DNA of 63,428 bases, filler included, from Stramenopiles sp. TOSAG23-3 (Eukaryota), in the NCBI GenBank assembly GCA_900128585.1. It is 4 parts of 4 records of this genome, joined end to end, with 100 filler letters (N's around TTAATTAATTAA, not from the genome) between each part and the next. Parts side by side here need not be neighbours in the genome. Positions count along the whole stretch, not along the records: positions 40,977 to 61,345 come from LT642378.1; 3 more parts are not named here. One strand, 5' to 3'. The notes under the pieces are model-generated. The model saw nothing but the letters and a program-made list of their open reading frames with translations, made no database searches and was not told the origin of the DNA. How positions within the stretch are numbered: the first letter of the stretch is position 1; each line of letters starts with the position of its first letter. This document shows positions 41,292-52,445 of this stretch, piece by piece. The position numbers and the translations under genes are program-made.

Positions 41292-44200
41292 ATGCTTCGT
41301 GCTGTTCTTTGTACCTTTGTTATTTACCTTGCTTTTGGAGGTGGAGCTGCGACGGGCCATCTCGGGTTGAAGTCGGGCGTCAGACCAACCCTTCGAGACA
41401 ACCCGTTTCAAGGGAACCAGGTAGCCTATTTGACTGGGGAAGGTGCGGGGGCTTGGAAAGCGTGGACTTCCGGCCCGCTCGCTGAGCGTAAGTGCGCGTA
41501 TGAAAAAAATGTAGACTTTGACATAGGCTCCGTGACCGGAAAAACTGACGTTCAGCGCAACGGCCCCGTGACGACCGAAGAGGCGTGCTGCGTTGCTTGC
41601 TTTGAAACTGCCGAGTGCGCTGCGAGTGTGTTCAACACTGCGACGTCTGAGTGCTGGCTGAAGAACCAGACGCAACTCAAAAAACGAGTTGTAAGAGCTG
41701 GACGTGTTGCATGCTTGAAAGAGGCCCGGGACGGCCAAGAAGAAATCGTGCGCACCCAGCCCCCCGCCGGCGCCCTGGTGGTCCCTGCCACCGTGCCTGG
41801 AGATTTGATCACGGACCTTGAAAACGCAGGGCAAATCCAGGACCCACTCCATGAAATGAATTTTCTGAACAATTCGCTGTGGGAGGACAATTCGTGGACA
41901 TACTCTACCTCTTTCTCTGCCACGAAATATTACGATGGGACGTATGTTCTTGTCTTCGACGGAATAAAAATGGGCGCACGGATCGCCGTAAATGGGGTAC
42001 AGCTCGGGACGGTGACAGATCAGTTTCTTAGGTACCGCTTTCCGCTGGCCAAAGCAGTTTTGCAGCGTTCTGCCACCGACCAGCACGTCTTGACCGTGCA
42101 GTTCGACAAAACCTTAAAATGTGCCGGGCGGTGGATGGCGTGTACGGGAGGCTGGGATTGGGCGCCCTATAGTCACACCGCCCAGGAAGGGGCAAACACA
42201 TTTTCGAAAGGTATTTGGAAAGACGTCTACCTGGTCCAGGTCAATTCTGGATCGGCCGCGATCGAACATTTCGTGCCGCACGTGTTTTACAACGGGCCCT
42301 ACCCTGCCTCAGCTCTCCGGGAAGGTCATCATGGGGACTTTCGAGTGCACCTCACAGCCCACCTGTGGTCGGCAACAACGTCGAAAGGCTCGATAACATT
42401 TCGAAACGAGTGGGGAGATTCTCCCTGCACCGTGCCGAATGTGGTCGTGCCGGTGTCTAAAACGACCATGGTGAACTGTTCGTTCACCGCAACGGCATCG
42501 CAGATCCGTCTTTGGTGGCCCAACAATGTTGGCAAAGGCACACATCCCCTGTACGGCGTGTCTGTCGAGTACGTTTCGGAGAACACCGCGTCGGTCACGA
42601 GCAGCCCCGTCTCCACGTCGCGCAAAATAGGCTTCCGAACGTTTGCAATAGTTACTGGGCCCGATGAGAACCCAAGCTACGTGAACGCGTCCGTTGGCAA
42701 AGAAGGCACGGAAAACAACGGAATGTTTTTCCGAGTAAACGGTGCTGCCGTGTTTGCTCGAGGGGCCAACATGATTCCCATGGAAGAACTGGAAGGACGA
42801 GCGGACGCCAACGCGCTGCACGGTTTGGTTAAATCCGCCGCTGACGCAGGATTCAATATTTTGCGAAACTGGGGTGGCGGGGTATTCCAATACAATGCAT
42901 GGTACGATGCTTGCGATGAGTTTGGTATTATGATATACCACGACATGATGTTTGCCCAGAGGGGCCACTCTCCGCAAGTGTCGAAAACGGAGGAGTTGGA
43001 GTTTCGTCACCAGGCCCGTCGTCTCGCCCAACACCCGTCCATAGTCATATGGGATGGCTGCAACGAATGCAAAGTTGACATGAGCGGCCCGACCGCAATA
43101 TATGCAACGTTTTTGTTGACGGTAATTGCGGAGGAAGATCGCATGCGGTCCATTTGGCCGGCGTGTCCAGCAGCCGGGTGGAAATCTGGCGTCGATAGGC
43201 TTACTTCACGCCCAACGGGGACAGCGTTGGAAACCCAGTACCTGACCACGATGGAAACGCATGGGCCGTACCAGCACGGGTTGCCTTCCAATTTTCCGTC
43301 CACAGATGCAGCGGCGTTCAATTTCTCAGACAACTGCGCCCCAACGAACGTTGTTGCTACTGATGTCATGGGAACTCAAGAAAAAAATATCTTCGCCTCG
43401 GAGTTTGGGTCTGTCGTCATGTCGTCGTTCGAGTCCATGAGCGCCATGTTGTCGCCCGAGCACTGGGCGCTGCATGGTGGCGCTCCATACACCCGTTGCG
43501 AATCGTGGCCGTGCACTGGAGCAAACCCAATGGTGGAAAGAAACTACGAGTGCACGCCACTGATTCGAAAATGGTTTGGGGACTCTGCCGCAAATTCGTT
43601 GAACACGACAGGGGAAACGGCTTTTAAGCGACAGCTGTACCAGTGCATGCTCGGCCAGGCTCTAGAAATGAAGAGCAACATAGAGCATCGGAGGTCCACC
43701 AATGTGTTTGGGATCATCGTCTGGCAGTTCAATGAGATTTGGCCCACTGGAGGGTGGGGGTCCATTGAGTATGGTACTCCTGGAAAACAGGGGCAAGTGA
43801 TAGGGGGACGATGGAAACCCCTTCATTACTTCTACGAATCACACTTGTACAGGGACGTTATTGCTGTATGTGGCAGCAAATCGTGCTATGTGAAAAACGA
43901 CGGGGATGCAGAGCTTCGGGATGCTCGACTAGTCCTGGAGACAGTTGATCTAAGAAAGCGCGCCGATAATTCAGATGTTTTTCTGGAGAAAAAAATTTCT
44001 CTGGGCAGCGGTCCTGGAGTGATACAACATTTTGAAGTCGACTTTTCTAAATTAAACTTCACCTTTCAAGTGGTTTCTGCAAAGGTTGTGGACAGCTCCG
44101 GTCAGACTCTGTCATCTAACTTAGTGACAATGACATACCCAAAGTTCCTTACATTGCCTAAAGCTACAGTAACTGCAACGGTGCGTAAGCCAGCGATCGC

Positions 44201-44414
44201 AAGTTCCCAAGGGTACGATGTGGAAGTGAAGACAGATGGACCGGCACTGTACATCATGCTGACAACGACGGCCCAAGGTCGGTTTTCAGAAAACTGCTTT
44301 TTTATTCCGGGAGAGGGAACAAAAGTTGTAAAGTTTTTGCCATTTGTGGAGGAAGATCAGTACCCTGAGCTTGAAAAGAGTCTTCGAGTGGAGCACGTGG
44401 GAGAGATGTTGTGA
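41292..44414 (+). CDS. GH2 beta-mannosidase-like glycoside hydrolase with inserted PAN/apple domain
   Basis: ATVPGDLITDL, GGWDWAP, GIWKDV, FARGANMIP, NILRNWGGG, WDGCNE, FASEFG, WQFNEIWP..WGSIEY. PAN-like EACCVACFETAECAASVFN..CWLK. Signal peptide from ATG 41292. Confidence 0.92.
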   Translation: MLRAVLCTFVIYLAFGGGAATGHLGLKSGVRPTLRDNPFQGNQVAYLTGEGAGAWKAWTSGPLAERKCAYEKNVDFDIGSVTGKTDVQRNGPVTTEEACCVACFETAECAASVFNTATSECWLKNQTQLKKRVVRAGRVACLKEARDGQEEIVRTQPPAGALVVPATVPGDLITDLENAGQIQDPLHEMNFLNNSLWEDNSWTYSTSFSATKYYDGTYVLVFDGIKMGARIAVNGVQLGTVTDQFLRYRFPLAKAVLQRSATDQHVLTVQFDKTLKCAGRWMACTGGWDWAPYSHTAQEGANTFSKGIWKDVYLVQVNSGSAAIEHFVPHVFYNGPYPASALREGHHGDFRVHLTAHLWSATTSKGSITFRNEWGDSPCTVPNVVVPVSKTTMVNCSFTATASQIRLWWPNNVGKGTHPLYGVSVEYVSENTASVTSSPVSTSRKIGFRTFAIVTGPDENPSYVNASVGKEGTENNGMFFRVNGAAVFARGANMIPMEELEGRADANALHGLVKSAADAGFNILRNWGGGVFQYNAWYDACDEFGIMIYHDMMFAQRGHSPQVSKTEELEFRHQARRLAQHPSIVIWDGCNECKVDMSGPTAIYATFLLTVIAEEDRMRSIWPACPAAGWKSGVDRLTSRPTGTALETQYLTTMETHGPYQHGLPSNFPSTDAAAFNFSDNCAPTNVVATDVMGTQEKNIFASEFGSVVMSSFESMSAMLSPEHWALHGGAPYTRCESWPCTGANPMVERNYECTPLIRKWFGDSAANSLNTTGETAFKRQLYQCMLGQALEMKSNIEHRRSTNVFGIIVWQFNEIWPTGGWGSIEYGTPGKQGQVIGGRWKPLHYFYESHLYRDVIAVCGSKSCYVKNDGDAELRDARLVLETVDLRKRADNSDVFLEKKISLGSGPGVIQHFEVDFSKLNFTFQVVSAKVVDSSGQTLSSNLVTMTYPKFLTLPKATVTATVRKPAIASSQGYDVEVKTDGPALYIMLTTTAQGRFSENCFFIPGEGTKVVKFLPFVEEDQYPELEKSLRVEHVGEML

Positions 44415-44529
44415 CATAATTCTCTTAAAATAGCGTGAGCAAAAATTGTTCAATATGCCTGGACTTGAGCAACCTGTCGCAACATTCAGTGGCGTAAAAA
44501 AACCTTATTTTTTTATTTTATTCGTACAA

Positions 44530-44721
44530 CTATAGCATTTTTGTCCTGCTCCTACGAAGAATTGGTACAACTTTCGTTTTACTCGTAGCCCGTGCCTCTT
44601 CTTTGGACTCGTTGTCAGTCTGCCCATGCGGCTTAAGACCGCTCTTGGCGTTATCATCGCTTTCCCCGGAATGGTGCTTACGGTTAATACGAAGCGTTTT
44701 ATACAGCAAAAAGATAATAAA
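44530..44721 (-). pseudogene. Orphan 3' gene fragment (TM end plus cytoplasmic tail)
   Basis: Open frame FIIFLLYKTLRINRKHHSGESDDNAKSG...SKTKVVPILRRSRTKML* with coding-like GC and no upstream exon or start. Confidence 0.4.
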
Positions 44722-45074
44722 TTATATATAAATAATTGATATATATTTTAATACTATATAATTTGTTTTTTTTTAAATAATTGATTCTCCTCCCCTTATT
44801 TTAGACTAAGTAAAATTTAAGGAGGAGGCAGTTTTTTTTTCGATTCTTCTAATATATCTCCTCCCTTCCTTCTTCTTCTTTTTTTTTTTTTTTTTAATAA
44901 TTATTATATTAGTCTATTAAAAATAATTACCCCCCTCCCCCTCCCGACCCGCCGACGCCCCACCACCACAAAAATCAACAACGAATCAGTTTTTATACAA
45001 ACATTAATTATAATTTCAATTTGATCCGTGTGTGTGTATTTTCTTTCGTACCGCTGAAATTAACCACCGTTCCA

Positions 45075-46577
45075 ATGGCGTCGATTGCATCGTCTTCGGT
45101 AGTGTACGATGTGGTTGTCATCGGTGCTGGGGTGGCGGGAATGGCAGCTGCGCAAACGTTGGCTGGGAAGAACAAGTCCGTCGTTGTCGTTGAGGGAAGG
45201 GGTAGGATTGGTGGGCGTATACAACCCGTGGACTTTCACGGTTCCAGGGTTGACTTGGGGGCGCAGTTTGTCCACGGGGCGTCGAAAGGTAACCCACTCG
45301 TGCGACTGTTGAAAGAGGCCGGCGCCGGGGCCTCCCCCTGTAAAATACACAAAGTGGACTGGGACGGTGGGTATTTTTATGCCGGCAGCGGGGCCGCCAG
45401 GGAAGTGCCGGAGAACAAACTAGACCAATGCTACAAGCTCGCGGAAAAGGCCGTAAGTATTGCGCACAACAAGCGTGGTCAAATTTACAACGCGAAAACG
45501 CGCGAAGCAGACTTGTCGCTCGGGGAAGAGCTTAAGAAGGCTATTGCAAAAATGAACAAAAAGCACAAGAAAGGGTTCGACGTCAAGCTGGTCACCCTGT
45601 GCGCCTCAAGCGAAATCGGTGATGATTACGCAGTCGACTTTGAGGAGCTGAGCCTGTGCTATTGGGACCAGGACGACGAGTACAACGGCGGCGACGGCAT
45701 CGTGAAGCAGAAGGGGTTCGAGCCGTTGCTGTCGTACCTATCGAACGGTCTGAATATTTTGCTGGACCAAGTCGTCACCAGCATCGCGCGGGTGGGCAGC
45801 GGCGGGGAGGATCGCCACGTGCGCGTCTCCTGCAATGGTGGCACGTCCCACTTTTGCGGACGGCAAATCATTTGCACGCTGCCCTTGGGCGTTTTGAATT
45901 CCGGCACGGTCTCGTTCGAGCCCGCGCTGCCGGCCCCGCTGGTGGAGTCGATCAGTAGCCTTGGCTATGGAAATATGGAGAAAGTGGTGATGAAATTTAA
46001 GCAGCGATTTTGGCCGAACGATTCGGACTGCTTCTACAACATGTCTGGCAACCCGTTTCGCATTTGGCTGGACGTCGGGTACGCATACGAGCAAGAGGAC
46101 AACGCGACGTTGATGTGCCTCGTTTGCGGCTCTTATGCAAAATCGCTCATGAGTACGGGGAGCGACAAGGACATTCTTCTTTTGGCAATGGCGTCGCTGC
46201 GGGAGATATTCGGGGCCGGCGTTGTCCCGAAGGACGAGGCCCGGACCTTGGCCATGGTAGATTCTCACATGATCACGCGGTGGTGCACCGACCCCTTCGC
46301 GTTAGGGTCGTATTCCCACATTCGCCAAGGGGCGCTTCCATCGGATTACAGTGCTCTGGCAAGACGATACTGGGACGGGGCGCTCCATTTTGCGGGGGAA
46401 GCAACGTCTCGTCGCTTTTGTGCAACCGTGCACGGGGCCATCTTGTCCGGGGAGAGGGCCGCAAAAAGTTGCCTTGCGAGTAATGCCGGCAACACTGCAA
46501 AAAAAAGTTCTGGGGGGAAAGCCAAAAAAGTGTGGGGCAGGAAGAACAATGCGGAGGGCAGTTGCCTTCAGTCGTGA
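45075..46577 (+). CDS. Flavin-containing amine oxidase (polyamine oxidase/LSD1-like amine oxidase domain)
   Basis: VVVIGAGVAGMAAA, EGRGRIGGRI, DLGAQFVHG, TLPLGVL, RWCTDPFALGSYS, LHFAGEAT..TVHGAILSGERAA. Confidence 0.93.
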   Translation: MASIASSSVVYDVVVIGAGVAGMAAAQTLAGKNKSVVVVEGRGRIGGRIQPVDFHGSRVDLGAQFVHGASKGNPLVRLLKEAGAGASPCKIHKVDWDGGYFYAGSGAAREVPENKLDQCYKLAEKAVSIAHNKRGQIYNAKTREADLSLGEELKKAIAKMNKKHKKGFDVKLVTLCASSEIGDDYAVDFEELSLCYWDQDDEYNGGDGIVKQKGFEPLLSYLSNGLNILLDQVVTSIARVGSGGEDRHVRVSCNGGTSHFCGRQIICTLPLGVLNSGTVSFEPALPAPLVESISSLGYGNMEKVVMKFKQRFWPNDSDCFYNMSGNPFRIWLDVGYAYEQEDNATLMCLVCGSYAKSLMSTGSDKDILLLAMASLREIFGAGVVPKDEARTLAMVDSHMITRWCTDPFALGSYSHIRQGALPSDYSALARRYWDGALHFAGEATSRRFCATVHGAILSGERAAKSCLASNAGNTAKKSSGGKAKKVWGRKNNAEGSCLQS

Positions 46578-46671
46578 GGAGAAATGTTTAATCTACTCAC
46601 ATGCACTGGTAGAAGGTAGAAGCACAATTTAATTCTAGAAAATAAAAAAAACATATCATAATTTTATAGTT

Positions 46672-46892
46672 GATATAAAATGAGAGTCTTAAAAAGCATA
46701 CTCTATTATAATTTGTTTTTCATTTGTTTTTGATATGATATCATATGCATATCATAGTTTGAATGATGAATACCAGAAGTCTTATTCTGGAACAAGGAGG
46801 AGTTTGGGTTCTTGAACGGTTTTTACCTTCTTTTTTCTTTTCTTTTTTTTGACAAGTCAGTATTAAAACATACTATATAATTTGTTTTTTTT
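46672..46892 (+). repeat. Dispersed repeat family B (ATGAGAGTCTT(T)AAAA; TTAAAACATACTATATAATTTGTTTTT)
   Basis: The same motifs occur at 20223-20388. Confidence 0.7.
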
Positions 46893-46907
46893 TTATAATT
46901 TGTTTTT

Positions 46908-48395
46908 TTATCTAAAATGTGCTTTTTGTGACCGCCCTCCCCCAAACACCCTCCCGTGTGTGAGAATCTTTTTCACACGCTCCACCCACTCTTCGTCTTG
47001 GTCCCCTTCTTCGTTGGTCTGTACGGTCACATTGTGCAAGAGGAACAAGACGATATCGACAATATCGTGCTTTATGGAGTGGCATGCGAGTACAATATCT
47101 TTTGCGTGCGTCTCTATTTCTATCATTTTGTGCATTGGGGCATGCCCTTTTTTGAGGACATCGTCGATGCAATCGAACAGCGACATAAGTTTCAGGTACT
47201 CTTTGGACCCTGCCCCGCAGGCGATCCTGACGGCTCGGGCACAGTCTGCTTTCTTCTTGTGCATTTCCTCCGTCTGTACGACGCCCTTAGTGTCGGGTTC
47301 TTCTTGTGTCGGTGCTTTCCCCCTTTTTTTTATTGCCGTTAATCTACGCGAAAAATTCTTCCTGAAGGACCTAACCTTCTTCAAAGCCACTCTGTTTAAA
47401 ATTTCGACAATGTCCGCGCACGCAGCAATTATTGCACTAATCAGAGAGAGCCCAATCAAAAGCATAAAACTGAAGATAAAGTAACCGACTATTCGTTCTC
47501 CCACGCCAGCGTCCGGGCTTGGGTGTGGGTAATAGTCGCCAAGCCCTACCGTTGTGAAGCTAACGATAGCAAAGTACACGCCGTTTCCGAACCCCCAAGA
47601 CTCTTTGAAATGCGTTGCGAGTGCAGCAAAAATTAAGACGTGCAGAACGCTAACAAACAGGATAAAGCTCAGCAACTTGTAATCGACGTCGTTTTGCTTG
47701 CTCATCCTTTCCATGTGAATGTCTCGGAGTTCTTTTTCGGACTTACGCTGTAGTTTATGAAAGGTGTACTCCAGCATGACCAACATCCGTTCTCCGACAA
47801 AGGACAAGACTATACCAAAGTACGATACCCCAAACAACGCCATAAACACCGTCAAGACTTTACCACCAACCGTCGATGCTGTGAACGCGCCGTAACCAAT
47901 AGTGGTAATGACCGTCAGACAGTAAAATATGGAGCCGGCAAGGCCCCAATGGCCTTCGCTCGGCTCGCTCCGCCGTTTTCCATTTACAAAGTCCCTGAGC
48001 GTGGATATCTCGTTGATTGTGTCAAAATCTTTCCTCAACTGCTTGATTCGCTCGAACGCTTCGCTTGCGTTCAACGCCTTGTCGCTCGTCGCTCGTTCCA
48101 CGTCGTCCAAGAAAGTGCTCAATACCTCCCGTTTGGCGTTAAACCTGTCGCGTCTCTTCCTCTCTGCTGGGGCCTCGATGGTATGGAAGAGCCACCCGCC
48201 CACAAAGCAGAAAATCATGAGCCCAAGAATGGCACAGCAAGCTTGCTTTGTCCTCTTCTTGGATACGTCCGATCTCAACTTTTCAATCTCTCCGTCTAAC
48301 ATCCTTAACTCTTCCTCCTCGATCCCTCCCCCCACCAACGGCATAGGGGCTACTTTCGAACTCACAGGCTCCCCCGCTTTACTGGAGCCTTCCAT
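46908..48395 (-). CDS. Two-pore-domain potassium channel (K2P, TWIK/TASK-like)
   Basis: Pore loops TVITTIGYG and VSFTTVGLGD, four TM helices, FHTIEAPAE cap. Confidence 0.93.
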   Translation of the reverse strand: MEGSSKAGEPVSSKVAPMPLVGGGIEEEELRMLDGEIEKLRSDVSKKRTKQACCAILGLMIFCFVGGWLFHTIEAPAERKRRDRFNAKREVLSTFLDDVERATSDKALNASEAFERIKQLRKDFDTINEISTLRDFVNGKRRSEPSEGHWGLAGSIFYCLTVITTIGYGAFTASTVGGKVLTVFMALFGVSYFGIVLSFVGERMLVMLEYTFHKLQRKSEKELRDIHMERMSKQNDVDYKLLSFILFVSVLHVLIFAALATHFKESWGFGNGVYFAIVSFTTVGLGDYYPHPSPDAGVGERIVGYFIFSFMLLIGLSLISAIIAACADIVEILNRVALKKVRSFRKNFSRRLTAIKKRGKAPTQEEPDTKGVVQTEEMHKKKADCARAVRIACGAGSKEYLKLMSLFDCIDDVLKKGHAPMHKMIEIETHAKDIVLACHSIKHDIVDIVLFLLHNVTVQTNEEGDQDEEWVERVKKILTHGRVFGGGRSQKAHFR

Positions 48396-49521
48396 TTTAT
48401 AACTACCTAAGTCGTTGTAACAATCAATAGCATCAGCACCTTTGAAATACGATTGTTCGTGCGTGAGAAACGCACACTACTTACTCTTTTGTTTTAATGT
48501 ACTACAATAGTCGTCTACGAATCATTCCTTCATTTTCTTTTAATCAATCATGTATTAAATTGAAACATCTCTTCACTCATAATAATATATAATAACCAAA
48601 AAAACATTATTATTATTTTTTATTAATTTTTTTTTTAGGATGATTTTTTTTTATTAGTCGTCTGTCGTCTACGTATTATTGATTTCTTTTAAATAAATAT
48701 ATTTTCACTATTATCGTATTATAAATATAGCCGTCTAGGTCTACACAACAAGTACAATGTTTTTGCTTTTTTTTAAAAAATATGAAATCTAAAAAAAGAA
48801 CAAAAATATGTGAAATATGAAACCGATTTATTATAGAGATCGAATTAAATAGTGTCAAGACTCTAGAGAAACTAAGACTCATACGAGGAGTATGTATTTG
48901 TAATACATATACGAGGAGTACGAAGTCTCTATACATACGAGTACCGTAGTGCAAGTAATTCCATTATATTTAGTTATTAAATATTTCAACTCAAGAAGAA
49001 GAAGAAGAAGAATGATTAAATGAGGTTAAAAGATTTATTGTATATAATTAAATATGAGGAAATATATCAGCAGACCGACTAATGTAATAGAGTGGATAGA
49101 GCTATGATAGTTAAAATTAAAAATGTCTTTTATATTTTTGTATTATTTATAAATACACATTATTGGAATTATTCTTTTTGGACCGTTGGTATAATAATAA
49201 TAATAATAGAACAAGAATATGTTTTGTGAAAAAGCAGAGATTATTACGTTGTGAAATTCGTATAAAATTTTGCGAAAGAGGGACGGGGACGGAGGAGGGT
49301 CAGAACGATGTGGTAATTTTTGTAATACCTACTGTGTACTTGTATAAAATAAAAATTCTACTCTGGTGTAAACAACGAAATCATCATTCATCATCAGGCA
49401 TGCATGATAAATAACATATATACATTGGTGATTATAAATGGTATATTATATATAATTATAGCTAGTAGGTGCAGAAAAAGAAAGTATCTAGAAACGAAAC
49501 AAATTCTTTGTTCAGAGATTT

Positions 49522-49569
49522 CAAGTAGGAAAAAATTTGTTGTCGCAAGTAGGAAAAAAATTGTTGTCG
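49522..49569 (+). repeat. 24-bp tandem duplication just upstream of a start codon
   Basis: CAAGTAGGAAAAAA(T/A)TTGTTGTCG x2. Confidence 0.85.
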
Positions 49570-49595
49570 CGAACCATTGTGCTTTGGTGTAAGTG

Positions 49596-52022
49596 ATGAA
49601 GTGGAACCGAAGCGAGGGGTTGTTGTCGGCGTATTTTGATTGTTTCGAGAATGCCAGCGGGGAGGAGCCATTTGGGAACTGGGAACTGGACATTATTGGG
49701 AAGCGCGCGCGGTGTATCAATCTGCCTCCCATCACGAGAAAGAAAACGGTGGAAGAGGAACAGCTGCCGAAGAACTCCAATTTGCGAAAGTTACTGGATT
49801 CGATAGCTCCTGACCGCCACAACCACAAGCACACCCTTACCTTGCTTTCCCAGGTTAGCGACGCGACTCGACCAACAATTACCGAACACGAACTGCTGTC
49901 GAGGCTCCGTGCAGCCGAGGGTCGGCCAAATATTTTAAATTTTGATCACACGCTTTTCAACGAGTACGTCTTTGAAATCCGGCGCAACCAAAAATTGTTA
50001 AAGAAGAGCACTTCCGAGCGGGTGCTGAAAAAGGTGCCGTCGGCGGTGAATGTCAACCTGGTGAGCAAAGGCAAGTTCGGGGTGAAAAATTCATTGCTGC
50101 CCCTGAAAAAGGTAGAGTGGGACAATTCTATAAAACTCCCACGAAAAAAGCGGAAGAAAGGGCAGAAGGTTCCGGTCCCTAGCCCCTCCAAAAAAATGGG
50201 GAAAGTGAAAATCGAGAAAGTGACGAAAGCAAGGAACGCGTTCTTGTCCAGCAGCAACAATTCGTCGCTGCAGTGCGTCGTGCTGAAGCAAATACAGCCG
50301 CACGTCTTTCGCGCCAACCAAAACCAAAAAGCGCAGCAATTTTGCTGGCTCACCTTCCTCAAGCTCTCCCAAATGCCATTGAAAACCCAGGAGCAGCTCT
50401 TGGAAGAACGGTTGAAGCGAATATTTCGATCAAAAACAGAAACTCTGGTGATCAAAGTTCAACGCAAGTGGCGAGCAAACCACCGCAAAAAGTGCAGCGA
50501 GCTTCTCCACGAGGCCGACCTGTTGAAGAAACACTTCTGGAGGATCCTCATCACCCTGCGCTGCCGGTACCGGTTGCGCATGGCGAGAACGATTCGTGCC
50601 TTTTGCAGAGATTACGCAAAGACCTCGAACCGCTTTGCGATCGTCATTAAGAAAACAAGATATCGCATCATCGTCTGCCAGCGGTACATTCGCGCGTTTC
50701 TGCGCTGCAAGCGGGCCCGCATGTTCGCGCTGCGCAAGCTGTGGGATAAACGCCTGGGCCGAAAGATGGTACCGTGCAAAAAGGCAGTCTTGAAGCATCA
50801 TCAGAGACTATTGGCCCAGGCCAAGTGGAAACAAGAGCTGGAAGAACAGCTGGCCAAAAAGCTGAAGATGGAGATGGAGGAGGAGCGCCGGCGCCGGGAA
50901 GAGGCCGTGGTGCAGCACGTGGACATGGCCTTGTACGCAAAGCCGGGCGTAAAGCCTGCCGAGAAAGAAGTGAAGGAGAGGGAGCGGTGGCAAGAGCGGA
51001 AAGACAATCATCAGCTTATGGTCAAGTACAACAATCGCATCAATCGCATGAGAAAGATGATCCACGGGTTCGCGTCACTGGAACGGAGCGACCAAACGCG
51101 GTCAAAAGAAGACACTCAGAAGGCCCTGGACATTCTTGCAGGGCGGCGGTTTGCAAGGTTCAAACGGCTGACGGCAGAAGAGAAAGAAGCCCAGGCGCGC
51201 GAACTACAGCAAACTCCCGTAGAAAAGATCCATCGGTATTTCCAACTGTACAAAATACCCCACAATATTGTGCACATGTACATACATTGGCTCTACCGCA
51301 AATTTCGAAGGTGGCATGTGCACGTATCCAAACACAACATAAAATCTGATCAGACGTTTTCAATTACTGATATTAAACATTTATTTTTCGACGGAGGCGA
51401 CGAAGAGGAAGAGGAAGAGGAAGGGGAAGCTTTGGGCTCGGGGATGCAGGAGCGCACAGAGACACAGTCGGGCAACAAGGAGAGCTACGTTGCCAAGAAG
51501 GAACGGGAGCTTGCGGAACGTCAAAAATGGCCCATGTTGAGAATTTGCTCATTGCTAAACGAAGATCGAATGGCGGCCCTGGCAGTGAACCTTGGGGTTG
51601 CCTCGCTGGTGCACGGTGTGGAAATTTTAGGACAGATGACACAGGTCGAAATCGATGTTGTATTTGAAGACATGCTTCTTACCTTGAGCCATCACAAAAG
51701 AAAAGTGGTGTCTAGTACCGTAGATTTTGATGTAGCCCGCGGCGACCAGACAGGGTCCACAAAGCGCGACGTGCAAGTCCGAAACACGGACGTCAACTTT
51801 CCCACAGTGCTGGACAGCATGGAAGTCCTCAAGCAAGCACCAACGTCCCCCCCTGCGCCGAAAAGGGGCCGCCCTGAGGTCACCATGTACACTCCCGCGG
51901 AGACAAACCCCCAGGCCCATTCTCGGTTGGCATTTTCTAGGCCATCGACAACAGCAACATCTGTCGCCCGACTTAGCAAACGCCCTGGAACCGGGGTGTC
52001 TAGTCGGGTGACGTTTGCGTGA
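49596..52022 (+). CDS. Basic coiled-coil protein with IQ-like motifs
   Basis: VIKVQRKWRAN and IIVCQRYIRAFL; ~808-aa ORF with coding-like composition. Confidence 0.7.
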   Translation: MKWNRSEGLLSAYFDCFENASGEEPFGNWELDIIGKRARCINLPPITRKKTVEEEQLPKNSNLRKLLDSIAPDRHNHKHTLTLLSQVSDATRPTITEHELLSRLRAAEGRPNILNFDHTLFNEYVFEIRRNQKLLKKSTSERVLKKVPSAVNVNLVSKGKFGVKNSLLPLKKVEWDNSIKLPRKKRKKGQKVPVPSPSKKMGKVKIEKVTKARNAFLSSSNNSSLQCVVLKQIQPHVFRANQNQKAQQFCWLTFLKLSQMPLKTQEQLLEERLKRIFRSKTETLVIKVQRKWRANHRKKCSELLHEADLLKKHFWRILITLRCRYRLRMARTIRAFCRDYAKTSNRFAIVIKKTRYRIIVCQRYIRAFLRCKRARMFALRKLWDKRLGRKMVPCKKAVLKHHQRLLAQAKWKQELEEQLAKKLKMEMEEERRRREEAVVQHVDMALYAKPGVKPAEKEVKERERWQERKDNHQLMVKYNNRINRMRKMIHGFASLERSDQTRSKEDTQKALDILAGRRFARFKRLTAEEKEAQARELQQTPVEKIHRYFQLYKIPHNIVHMYIHWLYRKFRRWHVHVSKHNIKSDQTFSITDIKHLFFDGGDEEEEEEEGEALGSGMQERTETQSGNKESYVAKKERELAERQKWPMLRICSLLNEDRMAALAVNLGVASLVHGVEILGQMTQVEIDVVFEDMLLTLSHHKRKVVSSTVDFDVARGDQTGSTKRDVQVRNTDVNFPTVLDSMEVLKQAPTSPPAPKRGRPEVTMYTPAETNPQAHSRLAFSRPSTTATSVARLSKRPGTGVSSRVTFA

Positions 52023-52408
52023 GTAGAGAGACCAGATTGTAGAAAAAGTTGAAGTCAGTTGACGTAATATCTTCATCAGAAAGAGTAGTGCAGTAGAAAT
52101 GAACAAAGCTATAGATGTTGCAAATCGAACAGAATGGAAACAAAACAAAATTGAATCCTCTCGAAAACAGAAGTCTCTTTTTGCAACATTGAATGATAAT
52201 GACCATATTTTGCTAGGGAGATCTGCCGAAAGGATGAGAGAAAAGACCCTTTCAAGAAAAAAAAGCTGGAAAGCTGGTCCTCGCGAAAGACTTGGAGAAG
52301 AAAAATTAGATTCATTTGCTGCATTAGCATCGTCAGAGATTAAATTTCAGGAAGATTTAAACATAAAATTGACTTATAGAGACACTCTCTAGTAAGAGTC
52401 TAAAACTT

Positions 52409-52445
52409 AAAAACAAGAAAATTGGCTGTTATTTAAGTAATTAAA
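52409..52445 (-). repeat. Dispersed repeat family A, inverted copy
   Basis: Reverse complement TTTAATTACTTAAATAACAGCCAATTTTCTTGTTTTT matches 37647-37683. Confidence 0.85.
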
